From an uncultured Gemmatimonadales bacterium (GTDB taxonomy: Bacteria > Gemmatimonadota > Gemmatimonadetes > Longimicrobiales > Gaopeijiaceae), in NCBI GenBank assembly GCA_963823035.1, contig CAWGKG010000018.1:480001-544000 (forward strand): a DNA stretch of 64,000 nucleotides, read 5' to 3'. The notes under the pieces are model-generated. The model was not told the origin of the DNA, ran no database searches, and saw nothing but the letters and a program-made list of their open reading frames with translations. Positions 32,494-43,080 of the stretch are shown here, in pieces (position 1 is the stretch's first letter; each line of letters begins with the position of its first letter). Made by a program: the position numbers and the translations under genes.

Positions 32494-35099
32494 GTGAAGC
32501 CGCCGATCCACAGTGACATCGACGGCCCACATCCGCCGCCACGCGCCGATTGTGTGCCACGACGCGAGCGACGCGTCCCCTCCGACCGCGCGGCCCGACC
32601 CGCCGTCCAGCTCATGATGCACGGACGTAGAGGGCGGACCGACCCTTCGGCCGGGCCCCCGGCGGGAACCACCGATGGGGCGAGCCCCGAGGTGCCCGGA
32701 TGGCTACCGCCGGCGCTCTTTCTGCTACTGACGCTCGTGCTGTTCCGCACGTTCGTGTTCTCGGACGGGATGCTCTTGGGACATGATACACTCAAGGGGG
32801 GTTACGCCGCGCGCGCGTTCTACGCGAGTCAGCTGCGCAACGGGACGTTCCCCCGCTGGGCGCCACACGTCTTCGGCGGAGCGCCCTTCCTGGAGGCGCT
32901 CTCCGGGGGCGACGCGCTCTATCCCACGAGCGTTCTCCTCGTGTTGATGGAGCCCTTCCGCGCGCTCGGGTGGAAGCTGGTCCTGCACGTCCTGCTCGCG
33001 GGACTCTTCATGTTCGCGTGGCTCAGGGCCCTTGGCGCTTCTCGGGCCGCCGCGCTGATCTCCGGCACCGCCTACTTGCTCGCACCGTTCATGGTCACGC
33101 TCGTGCGCTCCGGTCACGACGGGAAGCTCTTCGTCATCGCTCTCACGCCCCTGATGTTCCTGGTGACGGAACGCTTCTGGGAGCGGCCGGGCGTGCGCCG
33201 GTTCTGCGCCGTCGCGCTGGTGGTGGCACTTGTGCTGTTCACCACGCACTTCCAGATGGCGTACTTCCTCTTCGGGGCCGTAGGAGCCTTTGCGCTGTTC
33301 CGCGCCGTCCGGATGGGTATGGGAAGCAGAGTGGACCCCGCGCCGTCCGCGTCGACAGGGCGTCGGGGCCGCGTGGCTGCAGGGCGGTTCGTGCTCTTCC
33401 TGGCGGCGGCCGTGGCGGGCCTGGGTGAATCCGCGGTGCAGGTAGTGCCGGCGGTCGAATACGTCGTGCAGGCGTCGCGTAGGACGCAGACCACGGCGGT
33501 GGCCGCAGGAGTGTCGGGTGTGGCATGGGCGAGCTCCTGGTCGCTCCACCCCGAGGAAGTGATGTCGCTCGTGGTCCCCGAGTTCGTGGGGAACGGATCG
33601 GGCGGCGCCGCTTGGGCGGCGGACACGTACTGGGGCCGTAACTTCCTCAAGGACAACGCCGAGTACGGGGGGGTTCTGGTCCTGATTTTGGCCGCGGTGT
33701 CTTTCGCAGGCGCCGAACGGCGGGCGTTACGGTGGCTTCTCGCAGGCCTGGGCGGGGTTGCCCTCCTCTACGCGCTCGGTGCGCACACCCCGGTCTGGCG
33801 GATCGCCTACGCGCTGGTGCCTGGCATGCGCCTCTTCCGGACGCCCTCCATGGCGGTCTTCCTCTTCGGGTTCTCGGCGGCGACCCTGGCGGGGCTCGGC
33901 GTGGATCGGGTCTTCCTAGCTGCAGCGGAGGGGGGGGACGCGTGGCGAGCGGTGCGGCGCGTGCTCCTCGGACCGCCGGGCTTCTGCTGGCGCTCGCCCT
34001 GCTCGTGTCGTCGGGTGCGCTGGTGTCCTTCTGGACGTCCGCCGTCTACCTGGAGATCGACGCGGCCGGACTCGGCAAGCTGACGGCTCTCGCTCCTTAC
34101 ATCGCGCGCGGCGCGTGGCTGGCGGCGCTCATGGCGCTGCTGGCCGCGGGGCTGCCTGGGCGCTGCGCGCCGGGCGCGTGCGCCCGGCGTTGCTGCTGGC
34201 GGCCTTCCTGGTCCCGCGGCGGATGAGCTGCGTATCGACGACGCCTTCATCCAGGTGATCGACTTCGAGCGGTGGAGCGAGCCCGAGCCGACGACCGCGG
34301 CGATCCTCGAGCGTGAGGAGGCCGGCGAGGAGCCCTACCGGCTCCTCTCCTTCGTGGACCGCGGGCATGACGTCAAGCCGGCGATCTTCGGTATCGAGCT
34401 CGCGGCCGGGCATCACCCGAACGACCTGGCACGCTACAGCGAGTTGATCGGGATGACCGACGCGGACCTGCCCGGGAACCTCTACAACCCGAACATCGAG
34501 CGGCTTCTCAATGTCCGCTATCTGCTGTGGCCCGACTATCACGGCGCGGGCCCTCCGGGGTACGACATCGTGGTGCGCACGTCGGTGGACGGTCGACCCT
34601 ACAAGACGCTGCATGCGCGGGCGGGACTCCCGCGCGCCCGACTCGTCGGACGGGCGGTCGTGGTGGCGGACGACGAGCAGGTGGCGTACATGCTGTCGGA
34701 CGCCTTCCTTCCCGACTCTGAGGTGGTGCTTGCCGAGCCCCCGCCCGTGGCGCTGGACGGTGGGCCCGTGCAGGGGTCGGTTACCTGGGAAGAGCGTTCG
34801 CCCAACCGGCTACGGCTCGACGTGACGTCGGATCGTACGGCGCTGCTCGTCGTGGCGGACAACTGGTTCCCCGCGTGGCGCGCGACGGTGGACGGCCGTC
34901 CTGCCCCCGTGCTGCGGGCCTATCATACGCTGCGAGCCGTGCCGGTGCCGGCGGGCGCGCACACCGTACGCATGGTATATCGATGTCCAGGGTGGTGAGC
35001 TGGAGCTTCTGGATCAGCGGGGCGCTGGTCCTCCTCGTCGGAGGACTGGCGTGGAGCGGGGGGGCGGGGCTGCGCGGAGGCCGGGGCGCGGCACGCTGA
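32494..35099 (+). CDS. YfhO-like membrane protein (GT-C-like); at least four frameshifts (~33972, ~34155, ~34213, ~34980)
   Basis: GTFPRWAPHVFGGAPF, LYP, GHDGK, HFQMAY, SWSLHPEE, YWG, PGMRLFRTP; C-terminal LPRARLV, SPNRLRLDV, LLVVADNWFPAWRATVDG, LRAVPVPAGAHTV. Start uncertain (32494 or 32614). Confidence 0.75.
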
Positions 35100-35109
35100 G
35101 CCCGTCCGA

Positions 35110-36464
<1,355 letters not shown>

Positions 36465-36468
<4 letters not shown>

Positions 36469-37763
36469 CGCCTCTCTCCTACCAGGTTCACGCCCGTGTC
36501 ATCCATCGTCTTCGACGGGTCCAAGCTGTCCCGCACCCCCGGCAACCGGATCGAGAAGCACGCCCCGCCCTTCCTACCGCTGGCCACCTGGATGCGTCCG
36601 CCCATGCCCTCGACCAACTGCGCGCAGATGGAGAGGCCCAACCCGGTGCCCTTCCCAGGCTCCTTGGTGGTGAAGAAAGGATCGAAGAGCCGTTCGATGG
36701 CATCTTCCGGGATGCCGGGTCCGTCGTCTTCGACCTGGATGACCACGACCTGGGCGGCCGTGAAGAGGGGATCGACGCCAATGCCTCGGGGGTCGCGCGC
36801 CTCCACTCGCCTTCGATGAAGGTAGTTGATTCCGGGCGGATCGTCCGCGCGTCGACGTGGCAGCCGGTTTATGCCGCCCTCCTCCATGAACAGCCGGACC
36901 CAGATGTGCGGGTCCTCGTGGCCCTGGATGGCGTCCAATGCGTTCAGCAGGAGGTTCACCATCACCTGCTCGAGCCCGTGCGGCTCGATGAGCACGTCTG
37001 GCAGTCCGTCTTCGAAGCTCCAGGAATCCTCCACCCGATCCAGCTTGCCCTGCGTGTCCATGAGGTCGTGCACCCGCTCGACCACCGTGGCCGGCGGCAC
37101 GAGAACGGCAACTCCGGAGCGGGGGCGGGCGTGGTCGAGGAGGCCGCGCACGATCCGGTCGATGCGTCGCGCTTCGTCGCGGATCGAGTCCAGCAGCTCG
37201 GTGTCACCCCCGGCCTTCTCCATGCGGCTCTTCGCCACGTCCACGAAGGCCATGATCGCACCGAGCGGGTTGCCGACTTCGTGGGCGACGCCGGCCGCGA
37301 GGGTGCCCACCGACGCGAGTCGGGCGGCCTGGACCACCTGATCGCGGGCGAGGACGAGCTCCTCGTTCGTCTGGTCCAGGGAATCGACGTTCTCGGCCAG
37401 CAGCTCCTGCTCGGCGATGAGGCGGTCCGCCATGACGTTCACGCTCTCGCGGATCTGGTCGAGCTCGAGGCGCTCCATCGGCGGGATGCGGTGGCGGTAG
37501 TCCCCCTCCCCGATCCGCCGGGCGTCGGTGGCGAGGCGCTCCATCGGGGAGAAGAGCGTCTTCTTCAGGATTGCGCTTCCGAACACGAACAGGACCCCGA
37601 GGTCCGCGACCACCAGCACGATGATGAAGAGGACGCTGTCGCCCGGGGAGGAGAGGACCGGCGCCAGGAAGGCGAGCCCGAGCCCCGCAAGCAGGACGGC
37701 GCCCGCGAACAGGACGCCGAAGGAGAGGAGGAGCTCGCGCCGCAAGGGTGTCGGTCGATGCAA
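36465..37763 (-). CDS. Sensor histidine kinase (2 TM, HAMP, HisKA, HATPase), PilS2-like
   Basis: LASVGTLAAGVAHEVGNPL, QVMVNLLLNA, DDGPGI, FDPFFTTKEPGKGTGLGL; start uncertain (TTG at 37763). Confidence 0.92.
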
Positions 37764-37856
37764 GGGGGACTCTCGGGTCGGAGCCGCGCGCCGCGTCGGG
37801 GCGAAACTGCGGCGTCCGGGGGGTAGCGGCAAGCCGCCGGGTGCGTCAGGCGCGCG

Positions 37857-38243
37857 TCAGCGCGTGCACTGGATGGAGCTTACGACCGTCGCCGGCGTGA
37901 GGGGCGACGCGTCCCCGTGGAAGAGGGCGCACGCGTCGCTCGGAAGACCGAGCGGAACCGAGGACGCCGACCAACCCGTGCTCGTGGCCTCGGCGACGGT
38001 CACCACGATCGCCTCGGAGTTGGTGAAGCCGACGGCCGCGAGGTCGGTCGAGTAGGTGTAGTTCTCGTTGTAGTACACCTCCTCCTGGCTGGCCAGATTC
38101 CGGAGATCCGCACGCGCCGCCGACATGAAGGCGCGGTCCCGCACGGACCCGAACTTCGGAATCGCGATCGCCGCCAGGATCCCTATGATCACCACGACGA
38201 TGAGGAGCTCGATCAGCGTGAAGCCGTTCGCTCGCTTGTCCAT
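37857..38243 (-). CDS. Type IVa pilin, second copy (121 aa mature)
   Basis: MDKRANG|FTLIELLIVVVIIGILAAIAIPKF; C-terminal Cys pair. Confidence 0.93.
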   Translation of the reverse strand: MDKRANGFTLIELLIVVVIIGILAAIAIPKFGSVRDRAFMSAARADLRNLASQEEVYYNENYTYSTDLAAVGFTNSEAIVVTVAEATSTGWSASSVPLGLPSDACALFHGDASPLTPATVVSSIQCTR

Positions 38244-38309
38244 TGGAGCTGCCTCTTCCCGTGTGAGGGTTGAAGGGACTCGACGGAGGAGGGGGGTCTC
38301 TCGGGGTCG

Positions 38310-38340
38310 GGCGACCCGGCACCGGGGGCACCGGGCCGCC
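38310..38340 (-). terminator. GC-rich hairpin between the two pilin genes
   Basis: Minus-strand GGCGGCCCGG...CCGGGUCGCC 10-bp stem (one G-U pair); no U-tract. Confidence 0.5.
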
Positions 38341-38395
38341 ACATCCCAGCTTCAGATCACACCCGCGTGATTCGCGTCAGGCGGGCGAAGGTACG

Positions 38396-38797
38396 TTACT
38401 TCGAGCAGGCCATCTGGCCTGGAGCGGAGACCGTCGCCCCGGTGACCCCGGGATCCGTCGCCATCGCGCCGGTACCGTAGTAGATGCCGCAGCCGTCGGC
38501 CGGAAGAGCGGTGTGCACGGCCTTCGCATTCCAGCCCGTGCCGTTGGCCGCGATCGTCACGGTCACGGCCTCGGAGTTCGTGAACGCGAGGTCCGTCGTG
38601 ACGGACGTGTAGGAGTAGTTGTCGGCGTAGTAGATCTCCTCCTGCGAAGCCAGGTTCTTGAGGTCCGACTTCATGGCCGCGAAGTACGCCTTCTCGCGGG
38701 TGGCCGAGAACTTCGGAATGGCGATGGCCGCCAGGATCCCGATGATCACGACCACGATGAGCAGCTCGATGAGGGTGAAGCCCTTGTTGTCCCGCAT
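38396..38797 (-). CDS. pilA: Type IVa major pilin PilA (127 aa mature)
   Basis: MRDNKG|FTLIELLIVVVIIGILAAIAIPKF; C-terminal Cys pair; TAA stop; directly behind a sigma-54 promoter. Confidence 0.93.
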   Translation of the reverse strand: MRDNKGFTLIELLIVVVIIGILAAIAIPKFSATREKAYFAAMKSDLKNLASQEEIYYADNYSYTSVTTDLAFTNSEAVTVTIAANGTGWNAKAVHTALPADGCGIYYGTGAMATDPGVTGATVSAPGQMACSK

Positions 38798-38850
38798 GAT
38801 CCGATACTCCAGGTGTGAGTGAAACAGGGCCCTACGACAGTCCGTGTTGT

Positions 38851-38866
38851 TGCAAGGTCGGGTCCA
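38851..38866 (-). promoter_or_regulatory. Sigma-54 (-24/-12) promoter of pilA
   Basis: Minus strand TGGACCCGACCTTGCA = GG-N10-GC with TTGCA, 54 nt upstream of the ATG. Confidence 0.72.
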
Positions 38867-38896
38867 TGGACGGGCTACACACCCCAAAGCGCTTAC

Positions 38897-38909
38897 CATC
38901 AAGCACTTA
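38897..38909 (+). promoter_or_regulatory. Putative IHF-binding site
   Basis: cATCAAgcacTTA versus the consensus WATCAANNNNTTR; lies between the sigma-54 promoter and the presumed upstream activator sites. Confidence 0.55.
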
Positions 38910-39035
38910 CAGATTTCATACCGGCGAGCACAAGTGCGTGCGCAGGGCCTTTTGGGGCCGGATTCTGCAAGGAAGGCGTCGAAATGCAAGGGACCGCAAG
39001 TACACGAACCTTGAATAGTTCACCTGGCGTTCATG

Positions 39036-40811
39036 CTACGCGGGGGGCGCCGGATCGAGGGCGCGCGCCCGCGCCCGGGCGGCCTCCGCCTGGTCCCCCC
39101 GTCCGAGCGCATCGAGCAGCTCGGCGAGCCGATTCCAGTCCTGAACCGAGGTGGAGTCCTGGCCGATCGCCGCCCGTCGGGCGCGCGCGGCAGCCTCCAG
39201 GTCCCCCTTCGCGATGTACGATTCCGAGACGAGCGCCCACAGCTCCCGGTCCGGTCCCGCCCGCGCCAGCCCCTCCAACGCGATCCGGTGCCCTTCCCGC
39301 CCCCGCCCCTGACGGATGCGCATCTCCGCGAAGAGCCGGTAGGCGGTCGGCTGACCGGGCGCGACCTCGATGGCCTGGCGCAGGAGCTGCTCCGCACGTC
39401 CGTCCTTCCGCCGGCGCGCGTAGAATCCGGCCACCTCCGTGAGCAGGCCGTAATGATGCGGCGCGAGCGCCACGGCGAGGTCGAAATAGCGGGCGGCCTG
39501 ATCGACCTGACCCACGTGCGCCAGTCCGGAGGCCCTACCGCGCAGGGCGAGGAACGACTCGGGGTGCTCGGCGGCGAGCGTGTTCAGCACCACGTAGGTG
39601 CTCATCCAGGTGGGATTGCGCTCCACCGTGCGCACGAGCAGGGCCGCGGCGGCGACACCCCCGAGCACGCTTGCGTACCGTATCCTACGCGCATCCGCGG
39701 TGCGCACGATCACCTCCGCCGCGCCGGCCAGCGCGAGCGCCGCTCCGACGGAGGGGAGGTAGAGCGTGCGCTCCGCGAGGAGGATTCCCGCCGAGATCAC
39801 GAGGTTCGACACCGGCAGGATCGTGACCAGGAACCACGCCAGACCGGCCGATACGATGGGCGCGGCTCGGTACGCCGCGAAAGCCGTACCCACCCAGACC
39901 AGCAGCACGAGCCCGCCCAGGATCACGGCCGGCGTGACGGCATGGGCCGCCACCATGACGCCGGGCGCGTAGTCCGCGCTCAGCGTGCGCGGGAAGACCA
40001 TCAAGCGGAGGTACTGCGGCCAGGCCGTGAGCGCGGTGAGGATTCGCTCCCCGGAGCTAAGGTCGCGGAGCGCCGGCGCCGGTACCTCCCCGGTGAGCGT
40101 ACCCAGCACGGAGGCGCGCAGGAGGAGGTAGGCCGCCAGGACCGCCGCCAGAGAGACGAACACCGGCGCCTCACGTCGGAGCCGCTCCCGGAGCGGGACC
40201 GCGTCGGGGCGGCATACCTCCAGGACGAGGAGCACACCGGGCAACGTGACCGCGATCTCCTTCGCGCCCAGCCCGAAGAGGTAGAGTACCGAGAGCGCGC
40301 CGAGTCGCATGGCCCGGCGAACCGGACGCACCTCGCCTCGATCGAGATAGAGGAGGCAGGCACCCAGCACGGCCGCCGCCGCGTACAGCTCGGAGCGGCC
40401 CACCACATTCGCCACGGCCTCAACGTGCACGGGGTGGACCGCGAAGAAGACCGCCCCCGCCAGGGCGGCGGGCACCGACACCAGGCGCGCGAGGAGTGCG
40501 AGCACCAGGACGGACACCAGGGCGTGCAGGAGCACGTTGACCGCGTGGTAGCCGACGGGGCTGCCACCCCACAGCCGCCACTCCGCCGTGAAGGAGGTGA
40601 TCGTCACGGGCCGGTAGAGCGTGCCGCCCGTGTGCGTCCCCGGGTCGGCCCAGTACGGGCCGAGAAGGGCTTCCCCCCAGCGCCCTTCGGTGACCACCGG
40701 ATTGTGCAGGACGACGGCGTTGTCGTCGTAGGCGAAGCCGTTTCCCAGCGAGCTCAGGGATGCAGCCACCGCCACGAACAGCACCCAGGCGCGCGCGCGG
40801 CGGAGCGTCAT
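39036..40811 (-). CDS. TMTC-like membrane protein: GT-C-like N-terminal domain plus C-terminal TPRs
   Basis: GNGFAYDD, YRPVT, YHAVNVLLH, FAVHPVHVEAVANVVGRSEL, AKE, LMVFPRTLSADY, LAERTLYLPS, RNPTW, then TPR-like helical repeats. Confidence 0.82.
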   Translation of the reverse strand: MTLRRARAWVLFVAVAASLSSLGNGFAYDDNAVVLHNPVVTEGRWGEALLGPYWADPGTHTGGTLYRPVTITSFTAEWRLWGGSPVGYHAVNVLLHALVSVLVLALLARLVSVPAALAGAVFFAVHPVHVEAVANVVGRSELYAAAAVLGACLLYLDRGEVRPVRRAMRLGALSVLYLFGLGAKEIAVTLPGVLLVLEVCRPDAVPLRERLRREAPVFVSLAAVLAAYLLLRASVLGTLTGEVPAPALRDLSSGERILTALTAWPQYLRLMVFPRTLSADYAPGVMVAAHAVTPAVILGGLVLLVWVGTAFAAYRAAPIVSAGLAWFLVTILPVSNLVISAGILLAERTLYLPSVGAALALAGAAEVIVRTADARRIRYASVLGGVAAAALLVRTVERNPTWMSTYVVLNTLAAEHPESFLALRGRASGLAHVGQVDQAARYFDLAVALAPHHYGLLTEVAGFYARRRKDGRAEQLLRQAIEVAPGQPTAYRLFAEMRIRQGRGREGHRIALEGLARAGPDRELWALVSESYIAKGDLEAAARARRAAIGQDSTSVQDWNRLAELLDALGRGDQAEAARARARALDPAPPA

Positions 40812-40818
40812 CCCGACG

Positions 40819-41658
40819 TCACCGATCCGGAGTCCCCGTCTCCGCCTTCGCGGGCTCGTCCCAGGAGTCGGTGGGCGGGGGCTGCCAGAGCGCACCGCGG
40901 GGCGTAAGAACGTTGTACCTCAGGATCGACCAGAGCGCGGAGACGCCGTCCTTCCAGCCGATCTTCTTGCCCTCCGCGTAGGAGCGACCGTGGTAGGAGA
41001 TGGGCATCTCGTAGATGCGCGCCCCGGACTGCGCGAGCCGTGCCGTGAGCTCCGGCTCGATGCCGAAGCGCTGTGCGCTCAGCCGGAGCGACTGCAGGAG
41101 GTCGCGCCGCACCATTTTGTAGCACGTCTCCATGTCGGTGAGATTCACGTCCGTGAACATGTTGGACAGGAGCGTGAGAAGGCGGTTCCCCACCGAGTGC
41201 CAGAAGAGGAGGACGCGGTGGGGCCCTCCCAGGAAGCGCGACCCGTACACGGCGTCCGCCTTCCCGCCCAGGATCGGTTCGAGCAGCCGGGGAAACTCGA
41301 TCGGGTCGTACTCGAGGTCGGCGTCCTGCACGACCACCACGTCCCCCGTGGCCTCGGCGAAGCCCGTCCGGAGCGCGGCTCCCTTCCCCTGGTTCCGCGC
41401 GTGCAGCACGAGACGGTCGATGAGCCCCCGCCGCTCGAGCTCCGGCAGGACGTCCCGGGTGCCGTCGGTGGAGCCGTCGTCCACCACGATCACCTCGAGC
41501 CGGAGCGGCACCTCGGCCACGCGCCGGAGGAGGGAATCGATCGTCCCGACCTCGTTGTAGCAGGGGATGACCACCGAGAGCACGACCCGATTCCAGACGG
41601 CGGGCCGATCGTCGTCGTCGAGCCGCCGCCTCGGGGGGAGGTTGGAGTGGGGGATCAT
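40819..41658 (-). CDS. GT2 glycosyltransferase, DPM1/polyprenol-phosphate glycosyltransferase-like
   Basis: [73 protein letters not shown]. Confidence 0.9.
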   Translation of the reverse strand: MIPHSNLPPRRRLDDDDRPAVWNRVVLSVVIPCYNEVGTIDSLLRRVAEVPLRLEVIVVDDGSTDGTRDVLPELERRGLIDRLVLHARNQGKGAALRTGFAEATGDVVVVQDADLEYDPIEFPRLLEPILGGKADAVYGSRFLGGPHRVLLFWHSVGNRLLTLLSNMFTDVNLTDMETCYKMVRRDLLQSLRLSAQRFGIEPELTARLAQSGARIYEMPISYHGRSYAEGKKIGWKDGVSALWSILRYNVLTPRGALWQPPPTDSWDEPAKAETGTPDR

Positions 41659-41712
41659 GTTCGCTCACTTGCCGCGGGAGAGGGAACGCTCAGGGGCGCC
41701 GCCGGCCTCGAC

Positions 41713-43080
41713 TCACTCACCGAGCCCATACCGGTTCAACTTCCGGTACAGCGTGGAGGGGTCGATTCCCAGGACCTCCGCGGCTCGGGTCTTGTTGCCC
41801 CCCTCCGCGTGCAGGACCCAGTGGATGTAGGCCCGCTCGATCACCTCCATGGTCGGGTTGGGCGGCGCGGCCTCGTCGACGAGGCGCACCTCCGGGCGCT
41901 CGACCACCCGCTCGGGGAGGCTGTCCGGCTGGAGCATCCCACCGCCGGCCACCACCGCCGCCCGCTCGAGCGCGTTCTCCAGCTCCCGCACGTTCCCCGG
42001 CCAGTCGTAGTGGCGCAATGCCTCGAGCGTCTCGTCGGCCATCTCGCGGGGTGCCGCACCCTCCCGCTGCGCCAGCCGCTCGAGGAAGTGGCGTGCCAGG
42101 AGGTCGATGTCCTCGCGGCGGTCTCGCAGTGGCGGGAGCCGCAGCTGGATCACGTTGAGGCGGTAGTACAGGTCGGTGCGGAAGGTGCCCTTGCGCAACT
42201 CCTCCTCGAGGTCGCGGTTCGTGGCGGCGATGATGCGCACGTCCACCGCCACGGCCTGCGTGGCGCCCACGGGGATCACCTCGCGCTCCTGGATCGCGCG
42301 CAGGACCTTCACCTGCGTCGCCGGGCTCATCTCGCCGATCTCGTCGAGGAAGAACGTGCCGCCGTGCGCTGCGACCAGGAGGCCGTCCCTGTCCTTCACC
42401 GCGCCCGTGAACGATCCCCTGGTATGGCCGAACAGCTCGCTCTCCAGGAGGCTCTCGGGGAGCGCGCCGCAGTTGATGGAGAGGAAGGGGCCCTCGGCGC
42501 GGTCCGAGAGGCGGTGGATGTACTGGGCCACGACTTCCTTCCCGGTGCCGCTCTCGCCGGAGATGAGGACGGTCGAGTCGGTCGGCGCCACGGTCTCCGC
42601 CAGCTCGAGCACCTCCGTGAAGGTTCGGCTACGCCCGATGGGCCGCCCCTCCACCGAGCGGTCTCGACGGCGAATCTCCTTCTTGAGGCGGCGGTTCTCC
42701 ACCTTGAGCTGGCGAGCCTCCACGGCCCGCCGACAGATGGCCAGCAGCTCGTCGTTGGCGAAGGGCTTCTGGATGTAGTGGTAGGCGCCATCGTTCACGG
42801 CGCGGATCGCCGAGGTGAGCGAGGCCTGCGCCGTCATCAGGATCACGGGAAGCTCCGGATCGAGCTCGCGCACGCGGGAGAGCACGTCCATCCCGCTCGC
42901 GCCGGGCATGCGGATGTCGCTCAGCACGAGGTCGGGTCGCTCCTCCTCCAGGGCGGTCAGCGCCGCGCGCCCGGAGCTCGCGACCGCGACGTCGTAGCCC
43001 TCGCTGCGGAAGAGGATCTGGAGCGTGTCCAGGATCCCCGACTCGTCATCGACCACCAGCACCTTGACCTTGTCGCTCAC
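41713..43080 (-). CDS. pilR: Sigma-54-dependent response regulator PilR-like
   Basis: REC domain (LVVDDE, SDIRMP, KPF), [14 protein letters not shown] variant as in PilR proteins, HTH; upstream of pilA and downstream of a PilS-like kinase. Confidence 0.82.
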   Translation of the reverse strand: MSDKVKVLVVDDESGILDTLQILFRSEGYDVAVASSGRAALTALEEERPDLVLSDIRMPGASGMDVLSRVRELDPELPVILMTAQASLTSAIRAVNDGAYHYIQKPFANDELLAICRRAVEARQLKVENRRLKKEIRRRDRSVEGRPIGRSRTFTEVLELAETVAPTDSTVLISGESGTGKEVVAQYIHRLSDRAEGPFLSINCGALPESLLESELFGHTRGSFTGAVKDRDGLLVAAHGGTFFLDEIGEMSPATQVKVLRAIQEREVIPVGATQAVAVDVRIIAATNRDLEEELRKGTFRTDLYYRLNVIQLRLPPLRDRREDIDLLARHFLERLAQREGAAPREMADETLEALRHYDWPGNVRELENALERAAVVAGGGMLQPDSLPERVVERPEVRLVDEAAPPNPTMEVIERAYIHWVLHAEGGNKTRAAEVLGIDPSTLYRKLNRYGLGE

